DNA of 64,000 nucleotides from Actinomycetes bacterium (GTDB lineage: Bacteria > Actinomycetota > Acidimicrobiia > Acidimicrobiales > RAAP-2). The stretch covers positions 2,176 to 66,175 of the forward strand of contig JAJYVT010000009.1 in the NCBI GenBank assembly GCA_021791845.1, written 5' to 3'. This document shows positions 1 to 8,363 of this stretch, in pieces. The notes below the pieces were generated by a model. The model was not told the DNA's origin. It did no database searches and saw nothing but the letters and a program-made list of their open reading frames with translations. Position 1 is the first letter of the stretch; the number at the start of each line of letters is the position of its first letter. The position numbers were made by a program, and so were the translations under genes.

Positions 1-1
1 C

Positions 2-2437
2 GCCGAGGAGCCCCAGCGTCCCATCATCCAGCTGCTCACGGGACGACGCAGCGTTCCGGCCGACACCGTCACCTACGGCTCCCTGCACGAGGGCGCGCTC
101 ACCGCCGGCCACGCACTGGTTGCCGCCGGTCTGGGCCTTGGCGAGCGCGTGGGGATCATGCTCCCGACCGGCCGCGACTACTTCACCGTCTTCTTGGGCG
201 TTCTGTTCGCCGGAGGCGTCCCCGTGCCGCTCTACCCACCTGCTCGTCTGTCATCGGTGCGCGCCCATCTCGAGGCGCAGGCGGCCGTGCTCGAAAACGC
301 CGGCGCCAGCATGCTCGTCACCAGCCCGGAGATCCGAGCGATCGCCCGGCTGCTCCACGGCCGCGTCCCCAGCCTCCGGTCGATCCGGACCCCCCAGGCA
401 CTGGCGCGGGGCGCGCCGATCGGGCTGCTTCCGTCGGTGACGGGGTCCGACCTCGCCCTCATCCAGTACACGTCCGGCAGCACGGGTGACCCCAAGGGCG
501 TCGTCCTGAGCCAGGCGCAGCTGCTGGCCAACATGGCGGCGATGGCCGACGCCGCCCACGTCACGTCGGCCGACTCCGTCGTGACGTGGCTTCCGCTCTA
601 TCACGACATGGGTCTCATCGGCCTGTGGCTGACCCCGCTCGTGCTCGGGCTGCCGGCGGCCGTCCTCTCCCCGCTCGCCTTCCTGTCCCGGCCGGCGTCG
701 TGGCTCGAGGCGCTCACCGACGTCGGCGGCACGATCTCAGCCGCGCCGAACGCCGGCTACCAGGCGTGCGTCGACAGGGTCACCGACGCCGAACGGGAGA
801 CCCTGGACCTGTCGAGCTGGCGCCTGGCCTTCAACGGGTCGGAACCGGTGGTCTCGGACACGATCGACGCCTTCGTCTCCCGGTTCGAGCCGGTGGGGTT
901 CACTCGCCGCGCCATGTGCCCCGCCTACGGGCTGGCGGAGGCGGGCGTGGGCGTCGCCTTCTCCCCACCCGGCCGCGGCCCGCGCGTCGACACGATCTCC
1001 CGCGCGGTGCTGGCCGGTGCCGGCCGGGCCGACCAGCTGGCGCCCGGCGATCCCGACGCACGGGCGATCGTCGGTTGCGGGTACCCGCTCCCGGGTTACG
1101 AGGTGCGGGTAGCGAGCCCGGCCGGCCTCGAGCTCCCGGAGCGCCACGAGGGACGGGTCGAGTGCCGTGGCCCGTCGGCAAGCTCGGGCTACTACGCCAA
1201 CCCGGCGGCGACCCGCTCGCTGTGGAAGCAGCGGTGGCTGGACACCGGTGATCTCGGGTACGTGGCGGACGGGGAGCTCTTCCTCACCGGCCGCAGAAAG
1301 GATCTCGTGATCCGGGGCGGCCGCAACCTCCACCCCGAGGACCTCGAGGCAGCGGTCGGAAGCCTTCCGGGGCTGCAGCCAGGTCGCGTGGCCGTCTTCT
1401 CCAGTCCCGATGTCCGTCGCGCGACGGAGCGCCTGGTCGTCGTGGCCGAGACGGCGGCCGCAACCGACGAGGCGCGCCGCGACCTGGAGACCCGCGTGCG
1501 GCGCTGCACCGTCGAGCTGCTCCAGGCCCCGGCCGAGGTCGTCGCCCTCGTCCCCCCGGGGTCGATCCTGCGGACGCCGAGTGGCAAGGTGCGTCGGCAG
1601 GCCACCCGCCGGGAGTTCGAGGCCGGGACGCTCGGTCGCCCGAGCCCACCGGTCCCCGTCCAGCTGGCGCTGCTCGCCGCCGGCGGGGTGCGCCCCTTCG
1701 GGAGGCGGATGGTCCATCTGCTCGGCGCGTGGTCGTTCGCCCTCGCCACCTGGCTCCTCGTCGTGGCGCTCGGGGTGCCACTGTGGTTGGCCGTCCAACT
1801 ACCCGTTCCCTCCGGGCTCCGGTGGCTCCTCGTACGCCGCGCCGGAGCGATCCTCGCCGCGCTCTCGGGCATCGCCGTCCGCGTCGACGGCGCACTGCCG
1901 GACGCAGCGACGCCGCAGGTCGTGGTGGCCAACCATCCCAGCTTCGTCGACGGTCTGGCGCTCGTCCTGGCGTCGCCGCCCCCGCTGACGTTCGTCACCA
2001 GTACCGACATGGGGCGGGTCCCCCTGGTCGGCTCGTTCCTCCGTCGCCTCGGATGTCGCTTCGTGACGCGCGGCGATCCGATGCGAGTGCCCGAAGAGAT
2101 CGCATCGCTCGCAGCCGGCGCCCGGCGGGGGGAGCGACTCGTCTTCTTCCCAGAGGGGTCCCTGGCGCCGGTGCACGGCATCCGACCGTTCCATCTGGGC
2201 GCCTTTGCCGTCGCGGCGAGCAGTGGCGCCACCCTCGTGCCGGTCGCCATCTGCGGCACGGGCGCCATCTTGCGGCCCGGTTCCCGGGTGCCACACCGGG
2301 GAGCGGTCCAGCTCATCGTGGGTGACCCGGCGACGGCGCCGTCGCCCACCTTGTCCGACGAGGCGACCGCGGCCGCAACGATGCGGCGCCAGATCGCCGA
2401 GCTCATCGGTGAACCCGAGCTCGGGTCGAGCCGGTGA
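2..2437 (+). CDS. Acyl-AMP/acyl-CoA ligase (AMP-binding superfamily) fused through a hydrophobic linker to a PlsC-type acyltransferase; 5' end lies upstream of the window
   Basis: The frame is open from base 2 (AEEPQRPIIQLL...), so the Met listed at 149 is internal. AMP-binding motif QYTSGSTGDPKGV, later DTGDLGY and PSGKVRR. Hydrophobic block WSFALATWLLVVALGVPLWLAV. Acyltransferase HX4D box NHPSFVDG and FPEGS. Confidence 0.85.
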   Translation, partial: AEEPQRPIIQLLTGRRSVPADTVTYGSLHEGALTAGHALVAAGLGLGERVGIMLPTGRDYFTVFLGVLFAGGVPVPLYPPARLSSVRAHLEAQAAVLENAGASMLVTSPEIRAIARLLHGRVPSLRSIRTPQALARGAPIGLLPSVTGSDLALIQYTSGSTGDPKGVVLSQAQLLANMAAMADAAHVTSADSVVTWLPLYHDMGLIGLWLTPLVLGLPAAVLSPLAFLSRPASWLEALTDVGGTISAAPNAGYQACVDRVTDAERETLDLSSWRLAFNGSEPVVSDTIDAFVSRFEPVGFTRRAMCPAYGLAEAGVGVAFSPPGRGPRVDTISRAVLAGAGRADQLAPGDPDARAIVGCGYPLPGYEVRVASPAGLELPERHEGRVECRGPSASSGYYANPAATRSLWKQRWLDTGDLGYVADGELFLTGRRKDLVIRGGRNLHPEDLEAAVGSLPGLQPGRVAVFSSPDVRRATERLVVVAETAAATDEARRDLETRVRRCTVELLQAPAEVVALVPPGSILRTPSGKVRRQATRREFEAGTLGRPSPPVPVQLALLAAGGVRPFGRRMVHLLGAWSFALATWLLVVALGVPLWLAVQLPVPSGLRWLLVRRAGAILAALSGIAVRVDGALPDAATPQVVVANHPSFVDGLALVLASPPPLTFVTSTDMGRVPLVGSFLRRLGCRFVTRGDPMRVPEEIASLAAGARRGERLVFFPEGSLAPVHGIRPFHLGAFAVAASSGATLVPVAICGTGAILRPGSRVPHRGAVQLIVGDPATAPSPTLSDEATAAATMRRQIAELIGEPELGSSR

Positions 2438-2480
2438 TGGGAGGTCGACGCCCGTGGGCGGCGCACGAAGGAGGAGGCTC

Positions 2481-4253
2481 ATGACACGGACCACGCTGTC
2501 CCCCGAACGGCGGACGGAGGACCTCCGCCGCCTTACCGAGGAGTCGTTCGACGTGCTGGTGGTCGGCGGCGGCGTCACGGGCGCCGGCGTCGCCCTGGAT
2601 GCCGCCACCCGCGGCATGCGGGTGGCGATCGTGGAAGCGCAGGACTGGGGGGCGGGGACGTCCAGCCGGTCGAGCAAGCTGATCCACGGTGGTCTTCGCT
2701 ACCTCCAGATGCTCGACTTCCATCTGGTGCGTCAGGCGCTGCGCGAGCGGAGCCTGCTCCTCCGCACCGTGGCGCCGCACCTGGTCCGCCCGGTCCCCAT
2801 CGTGTACCCGCTCCGGCAACCGGTGGTCGAGCGGGCGTACGTGGGCGCCGGCATCGCGCTGTACGATGCGTTGGCCTGGTCGACCGGCACCAGCCGTGGC
2901 CTACCCTGGCACCGGCACCTTTCGAGAGCGCAGGCGCTGGCGGCCGCACCCGGCCTGCGGCGGGACAGCCTGGTAGGGGCGATCGAGTACTTCGACGCCC
3001 AGGTCGACGATGCCCGGTTCGTCACGGAGCTGGTGCGGACGGCCGTCGGGTTCGGCAGCGTCGCGGTCAACCGGGTCGCCATGGTGGGCGCCCTGCAGGA
3101 CGGCACACGTGTGACCGGAGCACGGGTCACCGACAACGAGACCGGCGAGGAGATCCGGGTCCAATCGGCCGTCACGATCCTCGCCACCGGCCCGTGGACC
3201 GAGGACACCGAGGCCATCGCCGGACGACCGCGCGCCGTCAACGTCCGGCCCTCGAAGGGTGTCCACCTCGTGGTCGGGCGGGACAAGATCGACGCGTCGG
3301 TCGCGCTCGTCGTGCGCACGGAGCGAAGCATGCTGTTCGTCCTCCCCTGGGGGGACCATTGGCTGATCGGGACCACCGACACCGACTGGGAGCACGACAA
3401 GGCCGTGCCGGTGACCACCGCTGCCGACGTCGACTACCTCCTGGCGCACGTCAACGAGGTCCTTGCCCGCCCGCTCTCGAGCGCCGACGTGGAGGCGACC
3501 TTCGGCGGGCTCCGGCCGTTGGTGGGCGGCGTCGGCGTCGTCCGTGGCCCGGGTGAGCAGGGGGCCGTTCGTCTCGACCGCCTGTCGCGGGGCCAGCCGT
3601 CGACCACGCGGATCTCGCGTGAGCACGCCGTCGCCCGTCCCTCTCCCGGGCTGGTGGTCGTCTCTGGTGGCAAGTTCACCACCTATCGGGTGATGGCCGC
3701 CGACGCCGTCGACGCGGCATTGGCGAGCGGCGGGCTCTCGGCCGGGCCGTGCATCACCTCGCGGGTCCGGCTCGTCGGCGCCGAGGGGTACGAGGTGTGG
3801 CGGGCACAGGCCGGCGCGCTCGCCGAGAAGCACCTGGTGCCGTCGGCGACGGTGGTGCGCCTCCTCGAGCGCTACGGAGGGCGCGCCCTCGACCTCCTCG
3901 ACGCCATCGACACGCACCGGCACCTGGCCGAGCCGATCCCCGACGGCGCCGGCTACCTCGCAGCGGAGGCGGCGTACGCCGTGACCCACGAGGGAGCGCG
4001 TCACCTGGACGACGTGCTGCTCCGCCGGACCAGGATCGGGATCGAGACCGCGGACGGCGGGCAGTCGGCGGCCAAGCTCGTGGCCGAGGTGGTCGCTCCG
4101 CTCCTCGGATGGGACGACGGCGTCGTGGACGAGGAGCTCGAGGCGTACCGGCGCATCGCCCAGCTGGAGTACGTCGCCGGCGATCGTCCGGCGGACGACG
4201 AGGCCGCGGCGCGACGGGCCGCCACCCTCGGCCCACGACTTCCCCTCCCCTGA
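2481..4253 (+). CDS. glpD: FAD-dependent glycerol-3-phosphate dehydrogenase
   Basis: ATG at 2481 follows GAAGGAGGAGG. N-terminal dinucleotide fold DVLVVGGGVTGAGVALDAATRG and the GlpD signature SSRSSKLIHGGLRYL. The upstream part of listed ORF 2205.. overlaps the previous gene and is Arg/Pro-rich. Confidence 0.9.
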   Translation: MTRTTLSPERRTEDLRRLTEESFDVLVVGGGVTGAGVALDAATRGMRVAIVEAQDWGAGTSSRSSKLIHGGLRYLQMLDFHLVRQALRERSLLLRTVAPHLVRPVPIVYPLRQPVVERAYVGAGIALYDALAWSTGTSRGLPWHRHLSRAQALAAAPGLRRDSLVGAIEYFDAQVDDARFVTELVRTAVGFGSVAVNRVAMVGALQDGTRVTGARVTDNETGEEIRVQSAVTILATGPWTEDTEAIAGRPRAVNVRPSKGVHLVVGRDKIDASVALVVRTERSMLFVLPWGDHWLIGTTDTDWEHDKAVPVTTAADVDYLLAHVNEVLARPLSSADVEATFGGLRPLVGGVGVVRGPGEQGAVRLDRLSRGQPSTTRISREHAVARPSPGLVVVSGGKFTTYRVMAADAVDAALASGGLSAGPCITSRVRLVGAEGYEVWRAQAGALAEKHLVPSATVVRLLERYGGRALDLLDAIDTHRHLAEPIPDGAGYLAAEAAYAVTHEGARHLDDVLLRRTRIGIETADGGQSAAKLVAEVVAPLLGWDDGVVDEELEAYRRIAQLEYVAGDRPADDEAAARRAATLGPRLPLP

Positions 4254-4422
4254 TCCGGTCGTGCGGCCAGGTCGGCACCCCGGCCCGGACCGGACGCCGG
4301 GACCTTCGGCCCTGTGAGCAGGCGGTCCATCGGCCGAACGATTGGTCCATCGGACCGGACACGACGTCCGGCCCGGCGCTGATGGCGGTGCCGAGGCACC
4401 GCGAAGAAGGAGGAGGACGGAC

Positions 4423-6498
4423 ATGAGCACGACGTCCCCTGATCCAGGCCGCGTCGACCCCGTCGCGCCGTCCCGTCCCGCGACGCCCCCGACCGAGGCA
4501 CCGCTCGTTGTCGCACCCGTCCGCCCGGCGCACGCCGAGCGCACCGGACCGGCGCCACTTCGCCGTCTGCGGTGGTTGCGCTCGGCCACGACCTCCCTCG
4601 TCCTCGGGCTGGGGCTCGTGCTGGTGGGGGGCTTCATGGCCAACACCGCCCAGACGGCCGGCGGCACGGTGCGTGTCAGCACCGTCTCCTTCCCGATGGC
4701 CAACGGCCAGATGGAGACCGGCCTCCTCTACGTGCCGGCGACCGCCTCGGCCAAGACCCCGGCCCCCGGCGTGATCACCATCGAGGGCTACATCAACTCC
4801 GTCGACACGATGGACGGCTTCTCCATCGAGATGGCCCGGCGGGGTGCGGTCGTGCTCGACGTCAACCAGTCCGGCCAGGGCGGGTCGGCGCCACCCGTCG
4901 GCGCGACAGCGTTCGGCGCCGTCCCGGCGCTGTCGTACCTGAGCCACATGTCGATCGTCCGACAGGGCGACATCGGCTTCATCGGGCACTCCATGGGAGG
5001 ATGGGCGTCAGTCCTGGCCGCCGCGTCGTCGCCGACCGGCTACCGCTCGATCGCTCTCATCAGCTCGTCGGTGGCGACCCCTCCCTATGAGCCGCTGCCC
5101 GGCACCACGACGTTCCCCCGAAACGTCGCGGTCATCGAGGCAGACGGCAGCGAGTTCTCCACACTGATGTGGGGCGTGCCCAAGGGGACCGACATCCCGA
5201 CGTCGGCCCGTCTGAAGGCGATGTTCGGGACCACCGACACGGTGGTGCCCGGCCACGTCTACGGATCGATCGCCGACGGAACTGCCCGGGTGCTCTACCT
5301 CAACAACGGGATCCACCCCGGGCTCACCTTCGACCCGAACGCCATCCAGCAGGCGGTCGCCTGGATGCAGCGCACGCTGCCGGGGACCACCGCGCTCCCG
5401 GCCACGAACCAGGTCTGGCTCTGGGACGAGGCGGGAACCTTCCTGGCCCTGATCGGCGCCCTCCTGCTCCTCTTCGGCGTGGGCGGTCTGCTGCTGCGGA
5501 CCCGCTTCTTCCGGCCCCTGGCCAAGAAGATGCCGGAGAACAAGTCCGTGCACGGCATCGCCTGGTGGGTGGGCGCCGCGGTGCTGGCGGGCATCGGGCC
5601 GCTCACGTTCTTCTGGTTCCAGACATGGGGCCAGAAGCAGTTCCCGGCCGGCTCGATCTTCCCGGAGAACATCCTGACGGGCATCGTGGTCTGGGCCGTC
5701 GGTGACGCGCTGATCGGTGGTGCGCTGTTCGTCCTGTGGCACTTCCTCGGTCGCCGCCGGACCGGCCAGCCCGCCCTGGCTGCGGCAGCCTCAGGCGAGC
5801 CCCAGCCGGCGCCGCGGTCGGGCGACGGGTCCGCGTCCCGGGTCGTGGCCATGCCCGAGCGGGGCGACGGGCGCGGCGGAGCCGCCGCAGGCGAGCTGGC
5901 CCTCGCCGGCGGCCCCCAGCGCCAGGCCTTCGCCTCGTACGGGATCACCGAACCCACCGGACGGGTCATCGACTGGGCCGGCATCGGAAAGGCCTTCCTG
6001 CTTGCGCTGGCCAGCGTGGCATCCGTCTACGTGGCGGTCTTCTTCTTCCAGTGGGCATGGTCCTCGGACGTCCGGATCTGGGTCTTCAACATCAAGCCGG
6101 TGACCCCCATGTACCTGCCCGCGTACCTGAGCTACGTGGGACCCCTGTTCGTGTACTTCCTGGTCGTCTCGACGATCGTCTTCGGACAGCTCCGTCCGCG
6201 GGTGGCCAGCGTGGGCAGGTTCATGGCCTCCATCACCGCCGTGCTGGTCGTGGGGTACGTGGCCCTGATCGGCATCGAGTACGGCGGACTGTGGGCGACC
6301 GGCCAGCTGACGACGGCCACACAGCCGCTCCTCGCGATCGTCGCCTTCCAGTTCGTCCCGGTGTTCGTGATCGTCGGAACGGCGCTCGGGTACTTCTTCT
6401 GGAAGACCGGTCGCATCTGGACGGGTGCCTTCGCCGCCACGTTGCTCATCACCGGCATCCTCGTGACGAACACGGCGTTGCAGTCGCCCCCGTGGTGA
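4423..6498 (+). CDS. Membrane-anchored alpha/beta hydrolase with a C-terminal polytopic membrane domain
   Basis: ATG at 4423 follows AAGGAGGAGGA. N-terminal TM (LVLGLGLVLVGGFMA), hydrolase nucleophile elbow GHSMGGW, then multiple hydrophobic helices to the C-terminus. Confidence 0.75.
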   Translation: MSTTSPDPGRVDPVAPSRPATPPTEAPLVVAPVRPAHAERTGPAPLRRLRWLRSATTSLVLGLGLVLVGGFMANTAQTAGGTVRVSTVSFPMANGQMETGLLYVPATASAKTPAPGVITIEGYINSVDTMDGFSIEMARRGAVVLDVNQSGQGGSAPPVGATAFGAVPALSYLSHMSIVRQGDIGFIGHSMGGWASVLAAASSPTGYRSIALISSSVATPPYEPLPGTTTFPRNVAVIEADGSEFSTLMWGVPKGTDIPTSARLKAMFGTTDTVVPGHVYGSIADGTARVLYLNNGIHPGLTFDPNAIQQAVAWMQRTLPGTTALPATNQVWLWDEAGTFLALIGALLLLFGVGGLLLRTRFFRPLAKKMPENKSVHGIAWWVGAAVLAGIGPLTFFWFQTWGQKQFPAGSIFPENILTGIVVWAVGDALIGGALFVLWHFLGRRRTGQPALAAAASGEPQPAPRSGDGSASRVVAMPERGDGRGGAAAGELALAGGPQRQAFASYGITEPTGRVIDWAGIGKAFLLALASVASVYVAVFFFQWAWSSDVRIWVFNIKPVTPMYLPAYLSYVGPLFVYFLVVSTIVFGQLRPRVASVGRFMASITAVLVVGYVALIGIEYGGLWATGQLTTATQPLLAIVAFQFVPVFVIVGTALGYFFWKTGRIWTGAFAATLLITGILVTNTALQSPPW

Positions 6499-6576
6499 GC
6501 GCCGGCGTCGCGTCGCCGAAGCGTCGCGGCCACGAGAACGCGAACGACCAGGGCTGGTTGACCACGGACCGCTGAC

Positions 6577-8307
6577 GTGCCCCGCTCGAACGATCTCGTC
6601 GCCAACGCGCTGAGTGAGCTTGCGGACCTCATCGCCATCACCGGCGGGGACCCGTTCCGGGTGCGGTCCTACGAGAAGGCGGCCCGGTCGGTGGCGGCCT
6701 ATCCCATCGACGTGGACACGCTCGGCGAGTCCGGGCTGGACGCCATACCGGCGGTCGGATCGCACATCGCCGCCAAGATCGCCTCGTTCGTGCACCGCGG
6801 CCACATCGACGAGCTCGACGAGCTGCGGGCACAGGTCCCGGCTGGGCTACGTTCCCTCCTGGACGTGCCCGGTCTCGGTCCTCGGCGGGCCCGACAGATC
6901 TACGACGAGCTGGGCGTGGCGTCGGTGCCGGACCTGCTCTCGGCGCTCGGCCACGAGCGCCTCCGTGGGCTGCGCGGCTGGGGCCCGACCAGCGAGGCCC
7001 GCCTGGCCCAGGCGATCCACGACTTCCAGGGAGCCGGCGGCCGCCTGCAGCTGGGCGTGGCGACGGAGGTCGCCGAGGAGCTCGTGGGCGGGCTCGGGTC
7101 GCAGGGCGCGGTGCAAAGGGTCACCTACGCAGGATCCCTGCGGCGCATGCGAGAGACGATCGGCGACATCGACCTGCTCGCCGCCGCCGACGACGCGGAG
7201 CAGGTGATGGACGCCTTCGCCGGCTTGGCGTCGATCGCAGACCTCCCGGTCCGCGGCCCGACCCGAGGGGCGGCCGTGACGACGACCGGCGTCCACGTCG
7301 ACCTCCGTGTGGTGCCGCCCGAGGTGTGGGGCGCGGCGCTGCTGTACTTCACCGGGTCCAAGGCCCACAACATCCATCTCCGACGCCTGGCCCAGCGCGC
7401 CGGGACGAAGCTGTCGGAGTACGGATTGACGCGCAACGGCCACGTCCTGGCGGCGGCCACCGAGGCGGAGGTGTACGCGCAGCTCGGCATGGCGTACGTG
7501 CCGCCAACCCTTCGAGAGGACCGGGGCGAGATCGAGGCCGCGCTGGACGGCTCCCTCCCGCACCTGGTGGAGCTCGACGCGATCCGGGGAGACCTCCACA
7601 CCCACACCGATCTCACCGACGGCCTGGCGTCGATGGAGGAGATGGCGGCCGCGGCCCGTGCCCGCGGCTACCGGTACATGGCAGTGACCGACCACGCACC
7701 CCTGCTCTCGATGCAGCGGATGACGACCGAGAAGGCGCTCGTCCAGCGGGCCGCCCTCCGTGCCCTCAGCGGCCGCGGCGGGCTCACGCTTTTGCACGGA
7801 TCCGAGCTCAACATTCAACCCGACGGCACGCTCGACTGGGACGACGACTTCCTGTCGCACTTTGACGTCCTGGTGGCCTCGGTGCACTCGGCGTTCCGGC
7901 TCGGACGAGACGCCATGACCGCTCGGATCATCCGGGCGATCGAGCACCCGGCCGTGAACATCATCGGGCACCCGACGGGGCGCAGCCTCGGGAGCCGGCC
8001 ACCGATCGACTTCGACCGTGACGCGGTCTTCCGGGCGGCCGCCCGGGCGGGGACCGCGCTCGAGATCAACTCCTTCCCCGACAGGTTGGACCTCGGCGAC
8101 GAGCTGGCCCGCCGAGCACAGGAGCTGGGTGTCCTCTTCGCCATCTCGAGCGACGCCCACGCCACGCGCCACCTCGACAACATGCGCTACGGCGTGGGGA
8201 CGGCCCAGCGAGGGTGGGTCCGACAGGAGAACGTCGTGAACACCTGGCCACTCGCCCGCCTGCGGCGGTTCCTCGCCAAGGAGCACGTCGCGAGCCGCTC
8301 GGCCTGA
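6577..8307 (+). CDS. Family X DNA polymerase with C-terminal PHP phosphoesterase domain (PolX)
   Basis: N-terminal HhH region (FRVRSYEKAARSV), nucleotidyltransferase motif GSLRRMRETIGDIDLL, PHP motifs DLHTHTDLTDG and ISSDAH. Confidence 0.9.
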   Translation: MPRSNDLVANALSELADLIAITGGDPFRVRSYEKAARSVAAYPIDVDTLGESGLDAIPAVGSHIAAKIASFVHRGHIDELDELRAQVPAGLRSLLDVPGLGPRRARQIYDELGVASVPDLLSALGHERLRGLRGWGPTSEARLAQAIHDFQGAGGRLQLGVATEVAEELVGGLGSQGAVQRVTYAGSLRRMRETIGDIDLLAAADDAEQVMDAFAGLASIADLPVRGPTRGAAVTTTGVHVDLRVVPPEVWGAALLYFTGSKAHNIHLRRLAQRAGTKLSEYGLTRNGHVLAAATEAEVYAQLGMAYVPPTLREDRGEIEAALDGSLPHLVELDAIRGDLHTHTDLTDGLASMEEMAAAARARGYRYMAVTDHAPLLSMQRMTTEKALVQRAALRALSGRGGLTLLHGSELNIQPDGTLDWDDDFLSHFDVLVASVHSAFRLGRDAMTARIIRAIEHPAVNIIGHPTGRSLGSRPPIDFDRDAVFRAAARAGTALEINSFPDRLDLGDELARRAQELGVLFAISSDAHATRHLDNMRYGVGTAQRGWVRQENVVNTWPLARLRRFLAKEHVASRSA

Positions 8308-8363
8308 GGGGGTAGCTGCAGCACTCCGATCGGGGCAAGCTCGCTCGCCCGACGTGCTGGTGG

